The translations under genes were made by a program, and so were the position numbers. A stretch of 64,000 bases of DNA from Octopus sinensis. Its lineage: Eukaryota. The notes beneath the pieces were generated by a model. It worked only from the letters and a program-made list of their open reading frames with translations, searched no databases and was not told where the DNA came from. Where the stretch lies: contig NC_043009.1 in the NCBI RefSeq assembly GCF_006345805.1, forward strand, positions 21,948,001 to 22,012,000, in the 5' to 3' direction. Every line of letters starts with the position of its first letter. Position 1 is the stretch's first letter. Positions 45,115 through 58,218 of this stretch are shown here, piece after piece.

Positions 45115-48100
45115 CTTCCGACGCCGATGGACGTACGTGAATCAGCTCTGTGAGTTTTGTGCCAATTTTATTGGAAATTTTTTAATAAGTTTGAATATTT
45201 TTTAATATTTTTGTAGCCAAACCGACCGGCTTCTTGCGGAGCTCGTCGGTTGGGCGAAATTTTGCCCCATTCGGGGTGAAATTACGTTTGAAAATTTTGA
45301 ACATTTGACATTTTTCAACATTTTGAATATTACAACAAAAAACATGGCTATGAAGCGAACAGTTGGCTGTTCCTTCCTTCAAGATACATTCCCTCCGCAA
45401 ACACACACAACTCGTACAAAACACCCACTTCACGCCTTAAAAGGCAACAAAGATCCTCCTTCCGAACCGCAGAGCACGAGCTCCGTTCAAAAGGAGAATG
45501 CAAGCCAGGACGTCGCGTTCGACGTAATTCTCGATTTTCCCCCTCTGCCTTCACCCAATGCTTTGGTACGGAAGGAGGAGGAAGAAAAAACAATTACAAA
45601 AATCATCACAAACATTGACACGGAGAAAAAAGAAAAAACTTCCAACAATTTTGCTTCTGCTGCGAAGCAAATTTCGGAGGAAGTTAAGATAAATCTAGAA
45701 GATGTGAAAAGAGCGAAGGAGTTGTTAAGGAAGGATGGCAATGGTATCTTCCTCAATACTCCACAAGAGGTGATTGAAAGCACCAACAAGAAAACAATAA
45801 TTTACAAAGTTTTCGACAGAAAACTAAAAAGAATAACAAATGCCACACCAACACAGTTGGAGATAGCTCTAAAGCCCATTTGGGCCCAAAAGAGCTACGT
45901 AACCAAGGGGAAGCGTTTTGGAACCGTGGAGGTTCGCTTCCCAACAGAGGAGCTTGCAAGGGCGAACGCCATTTCGCCCTTGCAAACTGAGAATTTGTTA
46001 CTAGTTCCGACCCACCTCGGGCGAAGAGTAACAAAAATAAAAATCGACCTCGTCCCCCCTGAGCTAGATATGTCATGGCTGGTGGCAGCTGTCCTCTATG
46101 ATATAGAGGACACTACCACCATTCTAGATGTCAGGAGAGTGAGGGCGAAAAACTGGTTGGGGATGGGAGTGCTGCTTCTTGCGCAAATTCAGCAAGAGAA
46201 TATAAGTAAAGTCCCTGATTTCGTAAGTTTGCCGGACGGCACCAGGCTAAACGTTGCTGTGGAGGGGCGAAAGCCAAAATGTTTCCTCTGCAGCAGCGAA
46301 AGCCACTTAAAGAGGGACTGTCCCATTCACAAAAAGAGGATGGAGGCTTTCAGCAAGAGGCAGCAGCAACAACAACAACAACAACAACAACAACACAAGC
46401 AACAACAACAGAAACAACAAAAACAGCAAGAAACACCAAAGGCTGCCACACCACCAACACCATCACCAACACCAGCACCAAGACGAACAACACCACCTCC
46501 AACAACAACAACCACCACCAAACCAACACCGACCACCACCAAACCAACCAACACCGACACCAGTACCTCGAAGGTCGACAGCAGCGACATCAACAGTAAC
46601 AGGAGCAGCGGCACCACCGATACCGGCGGAATCAGAAACTTTTCGTCCTGCTACTGAAGCAGACCCCTCAACCATTCCTTTGCCGGATGAAGAGATCTCG
46701 GATTGTGCGAGCTCTGATTCCAACAAAGGAGAATGGAACATAGTACCTCCAAAAAAGAAAAGGAGGAAAAAACAAAAAGATTTACAGGGGAAGCACGAAC
46801 AAATAGTACTTCCCAACATCAACAACAACACACACTCACAACAACAAACAACAACAACAACACTTTCGACACCACTACTGCCACTACCACAGACACAAAC
46901 AAACACAGACACAATTACAGACACGATTACAGCAGTGAATACAAGAAACCAGGAACTGGTTGAGTATTTGAAAAACAAAACAAGCACAAACATTACATAT
47001 TTCATAATACCTACACACAACACACCACCAGCACACATTCTTTCTCACAATAAAAATAAACAAAACAGTTTACAACGAAATAAAACAAATATCCCTAACG
47101 ATGTGGGATCGTTAGGGAAAAGTTTCTCTCAGAAACTTTACAAAAATATTATTGAAGCACCCGTGCAAAAGCACAAGGGAGCCACCCCCACCACCAACAA
47201 CAGTAAGTAGAGCCTTTTTCTCCTTTTTTTTTCCCCTAACTTTTGAAACATGGCAAATCTTAGAATCGGTTGCTTGAATGTGAGAGGCCTCGGTCACCTT
47301 GGAAACAGGGTCACCTGTTAAACGACCTGAGGTTTCATGATGTGGATGTAGCAGCCATCAGTGAAACCAGGCTCTCCGACCCGCAGGAACTCGCAGCCCT
47401 TTTCGGCGGATACGAGATATTTCTATCTCCGTGTCGGCCGGGAGCGGGCGTGGTGGTACTGCGGTGTTGTTTCGGAAGGGCCTGGACCTGAAAATAAGGA
47501 CAGTCTTCTTGGATCCGGAAGGTAAGTTGGTGGTCCTCGACGTCGACGGTAGTGACGGCGGTGCTTTCAGACTGCTGGCTGCCTACGCTCCGACAGGAGC
47601 AGGGCAGTCGGATTATTTCAAACGTCTGGAAGTTTTCCTGGGAACGTCACGCACTCTAGTACTAGTTGGGGATTGGAACGCTGTCTTAGACGAACGTTTC
47701 GATCGGGTGGGCAGGGGAGCGTCTGATAGGAGAGGGGGAGGGTGCAAGAGCCTCGCCAACCTACTCGGCCGCTTTCAGCTGTCCGACAGTTTTCGACTAG
47801 ACAACCCGAATGTGCCAATGTGGACTTGGACAAACCGCATCGGGTCGTCTAGATCGTACTTAGATAGAGTGTTTTGTAGGCCAGCGGATAAGGACAGCGT
47901 AGGGTGTCCACAATTCCACCTAGTCGAATATACGGACCACAAATTAGTGATCTGTACGGTCGACTTAGATAGGCTACATAGACAGGGACCCGGCTACTGG
48001 AAGCGGAACGCGTCGTTAACGGCGTGCAAAGCTTACAGAGACCGGATTAGTTTACTAGTTAAGCGGGCGCTCACGGGGGCAATCATCAACAACAACTGGT

Positions 48101-50956
48101 GGTTTGCCCTCAAGAGAGCAATTAGAGTAGAGTCGATTAGGTATAGTAAGACTCTAGCTATTGAACGTAGGAAGAGAGAGCGGGATTTAGTTAAGAACTA
48201 GACGAGGCTCTTGACACTGGCATCGCGACCGACGTGTTGGCGGCAAGGTTGGCCCTCGACCAACACTTCGACGCCAAACACGAAGGCTGCGTTTCAGAGC
48301 TAAGGCACGTTCGCTAAGCGGGGAGGGGACTAGAGCCGCTCGATGGGCCCACGTGGCGGAGGCGAAGCGAGGCAACAGAGCACCATTCGGTCTTTGGTGG
48401 ACCAGACCGGGCGCGAGGTTACCCAACCGAAGCAGATGTGTACGGTGCTTCAGCGGCACTTTGCTCAACTGTTTGGGACGAGCGGTGGAACGGACACCAA
48501 CGGTACAGACTTCGGTGTGTACCTGGACGGACTGCCGCAACTCTCGGACAGCGAGGCAGAGTGCTGCGAAGGACCGATATCTGCCTGGGAAGTACAGGAA
48601 GCGATGAAGAGTTGCACGAGAGGTAGATCGCCGGGTTTGGATGGTCTGCCCTACGAGCTTTATTTTTCAATGCCAGACTTGTTTGCGGACCTGTTGGCAA
48701 ACGTCTACTGCAACTGGCAGCAAAACGGGAGAATTCCTGCTTTTGTCTGTCGAGGGGGGTGGCTTTGCTAAAGAAGGACCCAAACAAGGGGATGTTATAG
48801 GGAATTTCCAGCCCATCACTCTGCTCAATGCAGAGTTGAAGATTTTGGCCAAGGTGCTAGCCAAGAGATTGGCGCTTGTCGTGGACAAGCTGGTCGGCGG
48901 GACGCAGACATGCGCCGTGCCGACCAGGTCGATACACGACAACCTCCATCTCATGCGCTACATCATAGAGAGGGTGGGTAACGACGCTGGCGCGGGTGGG
49001 GCTTTGATCAACTTGGATCAGAGTAAAGCCTTCGATAGGGTCGACCATCGGTACCTGGCAGCTGTCCTCAAGGCAGCCGGCTTCGGTCCAGTCTTCCGCG
49101 GGTGGATCGCTGCTTTATACAGCAACATCTGCTCGGTGATACGGGTGAACGGTCACCTTTCGGAACCGTTCGACATCTCGCGTTCGGTCCGCCAAGGATG
49201 CCCTCTCTCCTCCCTCTTGTACATTTTGACTCTCGAGCCATTACTGCGCAAGTTGGAGGCTTTGAGGGGCATCCCGCGCGATCTAGGAGGCGGAAACAGC
49301 GTGTCTGCTTATGCCGACGACGTCACCGTGGTGGTGTCGAGCCACAGGCACATTGGCCTGATTGGCGAGACGCTAAACCAGTACGAAGCGGTGACAGGGG
49401 CAAAGATTAACGCGGAAAAGTCTGTGGGCTTGCAACTGGGCACCTGGAGAGGCAAGCCCATGCCGTCCAACAGCGTCGTAGGGCGCTGGACAGACGGACC
49501 CGTTAAACTGCTCGGGGTCTGGTTCGGTCCGGACCTCCAGGTGGATAAGAACTGGGAAGAGGTGACGAGCAGGGTGGCACGTCTCACCCAGAAATGGGCC
49601 GAGAGGAAGCTGTCCCTGAAAGGTCGAGCGGAGGTGGCGAATGCGTACATCGCATCCGTCATCTATTACCGCTTGACCGTCGTCCCTTGTCCCGACCGCT
49701 GTTGGCCAAGCTGGTACGCCTGCTCTTCGACTTTTTGTGGAAGGGTCAGGTCCACTGGTCAGGCGATCCATCTGCTGTCAACGACCGCTGAACGGAGGCC
49801 TTGGAATGCCGTGGTTGCTGTTGCGCAGACATGCGCTCAGGCTGCGGCATCGCAAGCGCTTCCTAGACGGTGAACAGGTGTGGTCGTCTTTTGTCAGACG
49901 CGATTTTCCGCAGCTCGTCTCTTTGACGGAGCTGCAGACCTGGATCAAACGTAGACCGAGAAAGGGCGCTTGGCACCTCGAGTGCCGTCAAGCCCTCTCC
50001 GCCCTCCGCCAGGCGGGCAATGCGGTCGGTTACAGCTCCACTCTAGCGTTCTATAGAGGGTTAGTGGAGGAAAAATGCGACGACGTTCTCGGGGAAACTC
50101 TAGGCGTTGAACGACGAACTGAGCGGTCTGTTCGGGAGGACTTTCGGGCCGGGGCCGATGGATAATTTCCAGAGGTCTCTCGCCTGGCAGTGCTACCGAG
50201 GGGCTCTGCCTGTTCGAGATAAACTCTACCGGCACGGAAATGCCGTCAGCCGGGCCTGCCCGAGGTGTTGCCAGGACGACGAAACCGTTCTGCACGCACT
50301 CGTCCAGTGCCCGAGTATTGCTGAAATATGGGTTTATGTCGAACAGCTACTGTCACGTGTGGGACGGATCCGACTATCGGCCGAATCCATAGTGAAAATT
50401 GCCCCGCCGACCTCCTTTAACAAGGAGGGCGAGGCCGTTTTCTTGTGCCTTGTGGCTGTGGCGAAAGAAGTCGTGTGGTGGACTCGTTTGAAAGGGCTAA
50501 AGTCAGACACTTTCCTCTTTGGTCAAGGCCTCATCAACTTTTTCAAGTTTCACTTGAAAAGGAAGATGAGGTTAGAGAGGAAAGTGCTGTCCGATAGCAA
50601 GTTTTATGAAAGGTGGGTGAATTGTGCAAGACTGGCCTGTATAAATGGACCAGTTCTCAGGTTTCGCCTGTGATTTCAAAGAAAAAGGTAATGTAAAAGG
50701 AGAAGAAAGGGGACTCTCTACACCCCCTTTTTTTGACCAGGCTCCCGTTGGCTTTTGTAGGGTTTTTTCCACCAGGAACCTTTCGAAACGTCTCCCCTTT
50801 TGGGAGTTTTTCATTGTTGAATTTTATAAGTTGTTATAAAGATTTTTACTCGATGTTTTTAAAAAAAACGGCAAAACCCTTTGTAACCTTTCGTCCTGTC
50901 TTGTCCCTTTATGTAATCATGCGTGTCAGCCCTTGTGGCCAATAAAAAAGAATTGA
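45114..50956 (+). mobile_element. Apparently full-length Tx1/L1-clade LINE (~5.8 kb): ORF1 with CCHC knuckle, ORF2 APE-RT-Cys
   Basis: ORF1 45305-47210 (CFLCSSESHLKRDCP, poly-Q, one frameshift); ORF2 from ATG 47250 (LNVRGL, ISET, GDWN, SYLDRV, TDHK; RT LDQSKAFDRV, VRQGCPLS, YADD, LLGV; CPRC..ET.LHAL.QC) to 50673, several frameshifts; AATAAA; (TTA)n on both sides. Confidence 0.93.
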
Positions 50957-50983
50957 TTATATTATTATTTATTATTATTATTA

Positions 50984-51019
<36 letters not shown>

Positions 51020-51021
<2 letters not shown>

Positions 51022-51253
51022 TATGTTTGACTTTTGCTTTACATTTGTACAAGTTGGCTCCAAGTCTCACCCACAGACCTCAAGAGACAACAGGTTGGAA
51101 GTTCATGTTGTTGTTATGCCTAGTGTGCCATATATTTGGTTTTGTATTTAGTGTTGTACTAGTGAATGTCTAAAAAAAACAGACGAAAATTATGTTTGTT
51201 TTAAAACTTGAGATTACATAGAAGGTATTTTGCGTAGGATATGAACAGTTCCC
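51020..51253 (-). mobile_element. 3'-end fragment of Dong subfamily A
   Basis: Matches the 3' UTR at 41131-41365; TAA flanks. Confidence 0.88.
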
Positions 51254-51290
<37 letters not shown>

Positions 51291-51306
51291 TATTATTATT
51301 ATATTA

Positions 51307-51352
<46 letters not shown>

Positions 51353-51395
51353 TATTATTATTATTATTAATTATTATTATTATAATTATTATTAA

Positions 51396-51443
<48 letters not shown>

Positions 51444-51460
51444 TATTATTATTATTATTA

Positions 51461-51495
<35 letters not shown>

Positions 51496-51539
51496 TATTA
51501 TTATTATTATTAATAATTATTATTAATAATTATTATTAA

Positions 51540-51581
<42 letters not shown>

Positions 51582-51652
51582 TATTATTATTAATCATTAT
51601 TATTATATTATTAATTATTATTATTATTACTATTATATTATTATTATTATTA

Positions 51653-51724
<72 letters not shown>

Positions 51725-51745
51725 TATTATTATTATTATATTATG

Positions 51746-51828
<83 letters not shown>
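51254..51828. repeat. Imperfect (TTA)n array; similar arrays at 53770-54116, 54665-54740, 59040-59245
   Basis: Direct reading. Confidence 0.97.
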
Positions 51829-52544
51829 GGATCTTTTCCTTTTGAACGGCCCATGTCAACACAATTTCTAGTCAACTAAACACTTTTAAACTTCGTATAC
51901 TGGTAGAATGTGTTTATAAAACATAATTTTTTGTTGGCTTTAGTGAGAAAATTCTATAGTTTGTAAGATATTTCGTCTGAAAATTCGAGTATTTCGGCAA
52001 ATTTAACCAATCGCTGACCTCCATTTGGGGTGAAAACATACCGTGCTGTATGAATATGTCCCTCGTTTAAGAAACAGATTGGGTTTATTTGCATTTGCGA
52101 AGAAAAAAAAGATACCCTTCCCCCACCCCTAACCCTAAACCTAACTCTCACCCTAAATCCAAAATAGATTGAAATGCAATAGATCGATACTAGGGTTATA
52201 ATTATGGGTGACATTTTCATTTGACACCGCTTGAAAAAAATCCCATTTTCCGTAGCGGTGTGGTATGAAATTGTCACCCATAATTATAACCCTAGTATCG
52301 ATCTATTGCATTTCAATCTATTTTAGGATCTTTTCTGTTTGATGGACGGAATTTTCTAGTTAACTAAAAAATTTGAAACTTCGTATACTGATAGAATGTG
52401 TCAAAAGAAGACATTACTGTAAACAAAATTGAAAACAAAATTGTAATTTGTAACTTAAACGTAGTTTAATTTTACGAATTTTAACCAATGAAATCCCAGC
52501 ATTGCTGCGTTATCGATATTGATAAAGAAATGTAGCAGACGCAC

Positions 52545-52634
<90 letters not shown>

Positions 52635-53769
52635 AAACACATGCATATACATTTGCACAAGCACATAGTAATTAATATATAAGCGTACACACACATACAA
52701 ACGGACATATACATACACACACATACGCACACAAGCATACATACACGTTCGTGAGTTGCCCCTTGCCGTAACAAATTTACACAAAAGGTAAATAAACCAG
52801 AAGGGGGGGGTCAATGTTTCATCGTTTCGGGGTCGATAAATTAAGTACCAATTACGCACTGGTACCGAGGATTTTTTTCCCAATTTATATCACAGCTTCC
52901 GACAAGCTGGGGGCATCCTTTTATGAAAAAATATTTCGCAAATTTTTTACAATACTACTCACACTCCACGCGCAAACTTGAGACCGATTTAGGCATATTA
53001 TTGTTTTGTTTTTGTTGTTTCTGGCCCTTCAAAACCATGGGAGAAGCCTTTTCGGTAAAAAAAAAAGAAAGAAAATATTAAAAAAATATCGTTAATATTT
53101 TTATTGGGAGACGAAATTCATCGATTTAAGAGATATAGCTGTTATTTCTAGCACATGTAGAAGACAGAAGAGAGAGAAAGGATGAATAAGACGTGTGCGT
53201 GTGAGTTTTTAGACGCAGCAAATAATTTGAGCTCGAATGCTGCGATTTCATTGGTTAAAATTCGTAGAATTAAACTACGTTAAAGTTACGAATTACAATT
53301 TTGTTTTCAATTTTGTTTACAATAATGTTTTCTTTTGACACATTCTACAAGTATACGAAGTTTCAAATTGTTTAGTTAACTAGAAAATTCCGTCCATCAA
53401 ACAGAAAAGATCCCTATTTTAGATTTAGGGTGAGAGTTAGGGTGAGGGTTAGGGTTAGGGTTAGGGTTAGGGGTGGGGGAAGGGTATCTTTTTTTCTTCG
53501 CAAATGTAAATAAACCCAATCTGTTTCTTAAACGAGGGACATATTCATGCAGCACGGAATGTTGTTTACCTAAATGGACGTATTTGATTGGTTAAAATTG
53601 CCGAAATGCTCGAAATTAAAGTCAAAATATGTTACAACATATAGAATTTTCTCAATAAAGTTAAGAAAAAATGATGTTTTATAAACACATTCTACCTGTA
53701 TACGAAGTTTAAAAGTGTGTAGTTAAGTAGAAATTGTGATGACATGTGCCGTTCAAAAGGAAAAGATCC
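51829..53769. mobile_element. Outer fold-back MITE, termini GGATCTTTTC...GAAAAGATCC, long inverted arms containing (CCCTAA)n
   Basis: 51829-52170 is the inverted copy of 53414-53769; central palindrome 52165-52324; TATTATTA flanks (8 bp, within microsatellite). Confidence 0.85.
52326..53413. mobile_element. Inner MITE with the same termini, 8-bp TSD CTATTTTA (hAT-like)
   Basis: CTATTTTA at 52318-52325 and 53414-53421; ~175-bp inverted arms; contains microsatellite and a SINE B fragment. Confidence 0.85.
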
Positions 53770-53801
<32 letters not shown>

Positions 53802-53865
53802 ATTATTAATTATTATTATTATTATTAATTATTATTATTATTAATTATTATTATTATTATTATTA

Positions 53866-53923
<58 letters not shown>

Positions 53924-54028
53924 ATTATTATTATTATTAATTATTATTATTAATATTATTAATTATTATTATTTTATTATTATTATTATTATTAATATTA
54001 TTATCATTATTAATTATTATCATTATTA

Positions 54029-54065
<37 letters not shown>

Positions 54066-54116
54066 ATTAATTATTATTATTATTATTAATTATTATTATT
54101 AATTATTATTATTATT

Positions 54117-54662
54117 GAGTGAGAGAGCAGTGCATGCCATCAAAGTGACACTGGGGTAAAATATACGAAGCCCAATATACCCATCATGACTACCCGTCTG
54201 ATAAAGGTACACCAGGCACATGCATCACAACCATATGTGCGCGACATGGTGATCTCATATCAAGATAAACAGCACATGACCTTGCAGGTGGGGCCCAGTT
54301 AGAATTTTCTTCAAGTTGAGTAGCCCATCCCGCTCAAACGGTCCCTGAATAAGGGTTGTTTAAGGATGTTGAAAGAACCACCCATGTTTCCAGAGGTGAA
54401 CTATTCAAACCCCAAAGAATCCCTCTCAACACATGGCTATGATGCTCCCCCACTACTTCTGCTCGTGATCAGAGATGCACATATCGTCAGCCACTAAGGG
54501 ACATGCTCAACTGGTTAAGGTCAAACAACTGACAAGCAAATCTGTGGTATTGAGCAGAATATTTGCTGTAGCCCATCTTTTATACCAAGACAAAACAATG
54601 TACATGATAACACTTCCAATCAGTTAAGATCAGAAGCCATGAGAGCCACTGCCTGGTACTGC

Positions 54663-54664
<2 letters not shown>
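54117..54664 (-). mobile_element. Complete ~550-bp non-autonomous repeat flanked by (TAA)n on both sides
   Basis: Homologous to 13804-14318 and 2371-2628; non-coding. Confidence 0.82.
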
Positions 54665-54739
<75 letters not shown>

Positions 54740-55102
54740 GATATGTAAGATACATATATATTGTAAAAAGTCCCCCTGCAGACTTAGATAGTCAATAATG
54801 TAGAAATAAAAGTTAAGCAATTTTTTCAGTATGTCCTGGTACCAAATGATCCGTTTTATTCAATTAACGTACACGTTTTATTTGTCATTAATTCTGTTTT
54901 ATAAAGAATAATATAATTCAAAGATATCAGTTCAATTTTTCTTCAGTGAAACAAAAAGTTAACCAATCTGTGGTTCAAGAATGAAAAATAATAATGGGAA
55001 AGACTTGATCTTTAACGAAGAAAACGAGTGAAAGCAGCCAATGTACGAAGAAATAAAGTGATTAACAGAAAAAAAGTAAACAAAAAGAAGAAAAGAAAAC
55101 CA

Positions 55103-55610
55103 GGTACTACTTAAGAAGAGTGGTCCATGTGGTAAGTAGCTTGCTTACCAACCACATCGTTCCGGGTTCAGTCCCACTGCGTGGCACCTTGGGCAAGTGT
55201 CTTCTACAATAGCCTCGGGCCGACCAAAGCCTTGTGAGTGGATTTGGTAGACGGAAACCGAAAGAAGCCCGTCGTATATATGTATGTATATGCGTGTATG
55301 TTTGTGTGTCTGTGTTTGTCCCCCCAACATCGCTTGACAACCGATGCTGGTGTGTTTACGTCCCCGTAACTTAGCGGTTCGGCAAAAGAGACCGATAGAA
55401 TAAGTACTAGGCTTACAAAGAATAAATCCTGGGGTCGGTTTGCTCGACTAAAGGCGGTGCTCCAGCATGGCCGCAGTCAAATGACTGAAACAAGTAAAAG
55501 AGTAAAGTAAATGAAACAAAAACACAAAGGATCGACTAGTCACGACTAGCTAGCGCGGATGCACGAGTACGCGAGTGTGCGCACCGGGACCACTCTTCTT
55601 AAATAGTACC
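55103..55610. mobile_element. Mutator-like MITE (24-bp TIR, 9-bp TSD AGAAAACCA) containing a SINE A copy (55127-55505)
   Basis: TIR GGTACTA(C/T)TTAAGAAGAGTGGTCC; TSD at 55094-55102 and 55611-55619. Confidence 0.85.
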
Positions 55611-57148
55611 AGAAAACCATTAGGTGTATAAAAGGATACTTTATCGAAATATTCTTACATTTAAGAAAAAAAAAGTGATAATAGAAATCAACCACCGAAA
55701 CAGCAATTCGCTTCGCCTACCACCTACACTCTAGAATTGTGCTCGATAATTCAGTTTTTGTAAAATAGTGTCCCCCTCTCCCCGTGGAAAGTATCATGGA
55801 CGACGATACTTTCTCTCTAAACTGGTGCTGTTTGTTTACAATAATGTATCAAATGGTCACCTATTTTCAATCGAGCTCATAGAAATGAAAGGAGAAAGTC
55901 GTCCTTGATGACTCAACTCCTGTTAGATTTCGTATCATCCAGGCCTCGCAGCTCCATCATCACCACCAACTCAACCATCGCCTGACATGGATGATAAAAC
56001 TAAGTAAAAAATTTTATAAAGAAACAAGAAAAAAGTACTTAGTCAAACTCATTTAATTAAAAAAGATTCGCGCACACACGCACATACTGTACACACAGAC
56101 ATGCACACAAACGCGATGTTGGTATCTAAATAGCAAACAGATTTGTGAGAAAATTATTATCAGGTTTATTTTTAACACCTCATTTGACAAACTGTTTGAA
56201 ATCTTGTACAACCCTGTTGACACTGTGATACTTGAGAATCTGAGGTCATCTCTCCGCCTTACAACATAACATTACTTCATCACACTTCCTCTCTTCCTCC
56301 CACAAGTCGTCGTTATCTGGTTATTTTCGTTGATATTTGTCTGCTTGTATGTAGAGGGGTTCCCAGATATTTTCGAATTGGTGTCTTCGTCCAGTTTCAC
56401 TTCTTTTTTTCACTTCTATTTCCGCACTCTATTTCTCCTTATTTATCTATGTATTTCCGGATAGTGTTGATAAGAAATCAGTTTTGGTGAACTGACAAGG
56501 TTATCTAATTGATTCTAAGATTAGGAGTAAGATTAACATTGCGAGATTAGGTTAAAAGTTAGCAAGCACAATACACACGCACACACACGCACACACGCAC
56601 GCACGCACGCACACACACACAGACACACGCGCACACACACACACACACACACACTCAACTTACTAAGGTCAGTTGAATTTCAATTATTGACAGATTCCCT
56701 TCACTCTACATTATTTGATGGGGTACATCTAATACGCCCGTGCATCTTCTATGTTATAAAATACGGTTTATAATAAAGAGCAAGAACTCTGAAATATGTC
56801 GAAGAACTACATATTGGAAACCTCATGTTACATATTAACCGCATTTCAAGAGATTCTAATTCTCGGGATGAGGGCCACTCAACCGGTGCGATTTTATATC
56901 TACGAAAAGGGCCGTAGTTTTGTAGACTTGCAGTATTAGATCAGTGTTGCGTTTGTTATTTCGTTCCGACAACTGACGACTTCAGATTACATGAGATCTG
57001 TTTGGGAAAGTAGGTAGGCAGGGCTGACTTAGCAGCATTATTGGCCCCCGGGTAAATCAATGTACTGGGCCCTATAGTCAGGATCGCCTTAAGACACAAG
57101 TAATCTGGGCATTTGCCCAAGGACCTCACAGGTCTAGGGGCCCTATTC

Positions 57149-57335
57149 GGATCTTTTCCTTTTGATAGCCAGATTTCAACACAATTTCTAGTTAAACAAA
57201 CGAATTACAAATTTATCAAAAAAGCCAAGTGAAAATAATGTTTTCTTTTGACACATTCTACCAGTATACGAAGTTTTAAAGTGTTTAGTTAACTAGAAAT
57301 TGTGTTGAAATCTGGCTATCAAAAGGAAAAGATCC
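57149..57335. mobile_element. 187-bp MITE of the GGATCTTTTC family
   Basis: ~45-bp TIRs; flanks CCCTATTC / CCCAATTC (7/8 match to an 8-bp TSD). Confidence 0.85.
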
Positions 57336-57356
57336 CCCAATTCTGACCTATGCATA

Positions 57357-57572
57357 TGAAGGCGCATGGCTCAGTGGTTAGAGAATCGGGTTTACAATCA
57401 TCTGGTTGTGAGTTCGATTCCCGGACCGGGCTGTGTGCTGCGTTAGTGAGCAAAGCACTCTATTTCGCGTTGCTCCAGCTCACTGGGCTGTAGAAATAGA
57501 TTGTGACATCACTGGTGCCAAGTTGTATCGGCCTTTGCCTTTCTCTTGAACAACATCGGTGGCGTGGAGAGT
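57357..57572 (+). mobile_element. tRNA-derived SINE (variant of family C)
   Basis: TGGCTCAGTGGTTAGAG...GAGTTCGATTCCCGG A/B boxes followed by a non-tRNA body. Confidence 0.75.
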
Positions 57573-57573
57573 T

Positions 57574-58218
57574 AAAAAAAATTATTTTTTGTAACTAAAC
57601 ACTTTCAAACTTCGGACACTAGTAGAATGTGTCATATAAAACATCTTTTACTCTTAGTGTTTTTGAGAGAAGCTTATATTTAGGAAGTTATTTCACGTTA
57701 AAGTTGTCGTATTTCGGCAATTTCAACCAATCAATGACGTGTATTCAGCTGAATAGAGTTACTGCTGTTGTTTGTCAACAACAACTATCGGTGGTGTATA
57801 TTTCGTTTGTCACTGTTATGTATGACATAGTTCGTGCGTTTGTACTGGTTTTAGCTTTAAGGTTTTAGGGTTAGGGTTAGGGTTAGGGTTTTAGGGTTAG
57901 GGTTTTAAGGTTAGGGTTAAGGTTTTAGGGTTAGGGTTGTCATAAATAATAGTGACAAACGAAATATACACCGCTGGAAGTTCTTGTTGACAAACAACAG
58001 CAGTAATTTTATTCAGTTGAATACACGTCATTGATTGGTTAAAATTACCGAAATACGACAACTTTAACGTGAAATAACTTCCTAAATATAAGCTTCTCTC
58101 AAAAACACTACGAGTAAAAGATGTTTTATATGACACATTCTACCAGTGTCCGAAGTTTGAAAGTGTTTAGTTACAAAAAATTATTTTTTAAATTTGTAGG
58201 TCAAAAGGTAAAGATCCA
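57574..58218. mobile_element. Fold-back element of the same MITE family, ~255-bp arms, spacer of degenerate (TTAGGG)n, left terminus lost
   Basis: Inverted arms produce the mirror ORFs MSYKTSFT on both strands; right end AAAGGTAAAGATCC. Confidence 0.85.

Noticed and set aside
57860-57948. TTAGGG array as a chromosome end
   Set aside because: Short, degenerate and internal to a MITE, with ordinary sequence on both sides.
57629-58136. Two near-identical MSYKTSFT ORFs on opposite strands
   Set aside because: Artefact of the inverted arms of a fold-back MITE.
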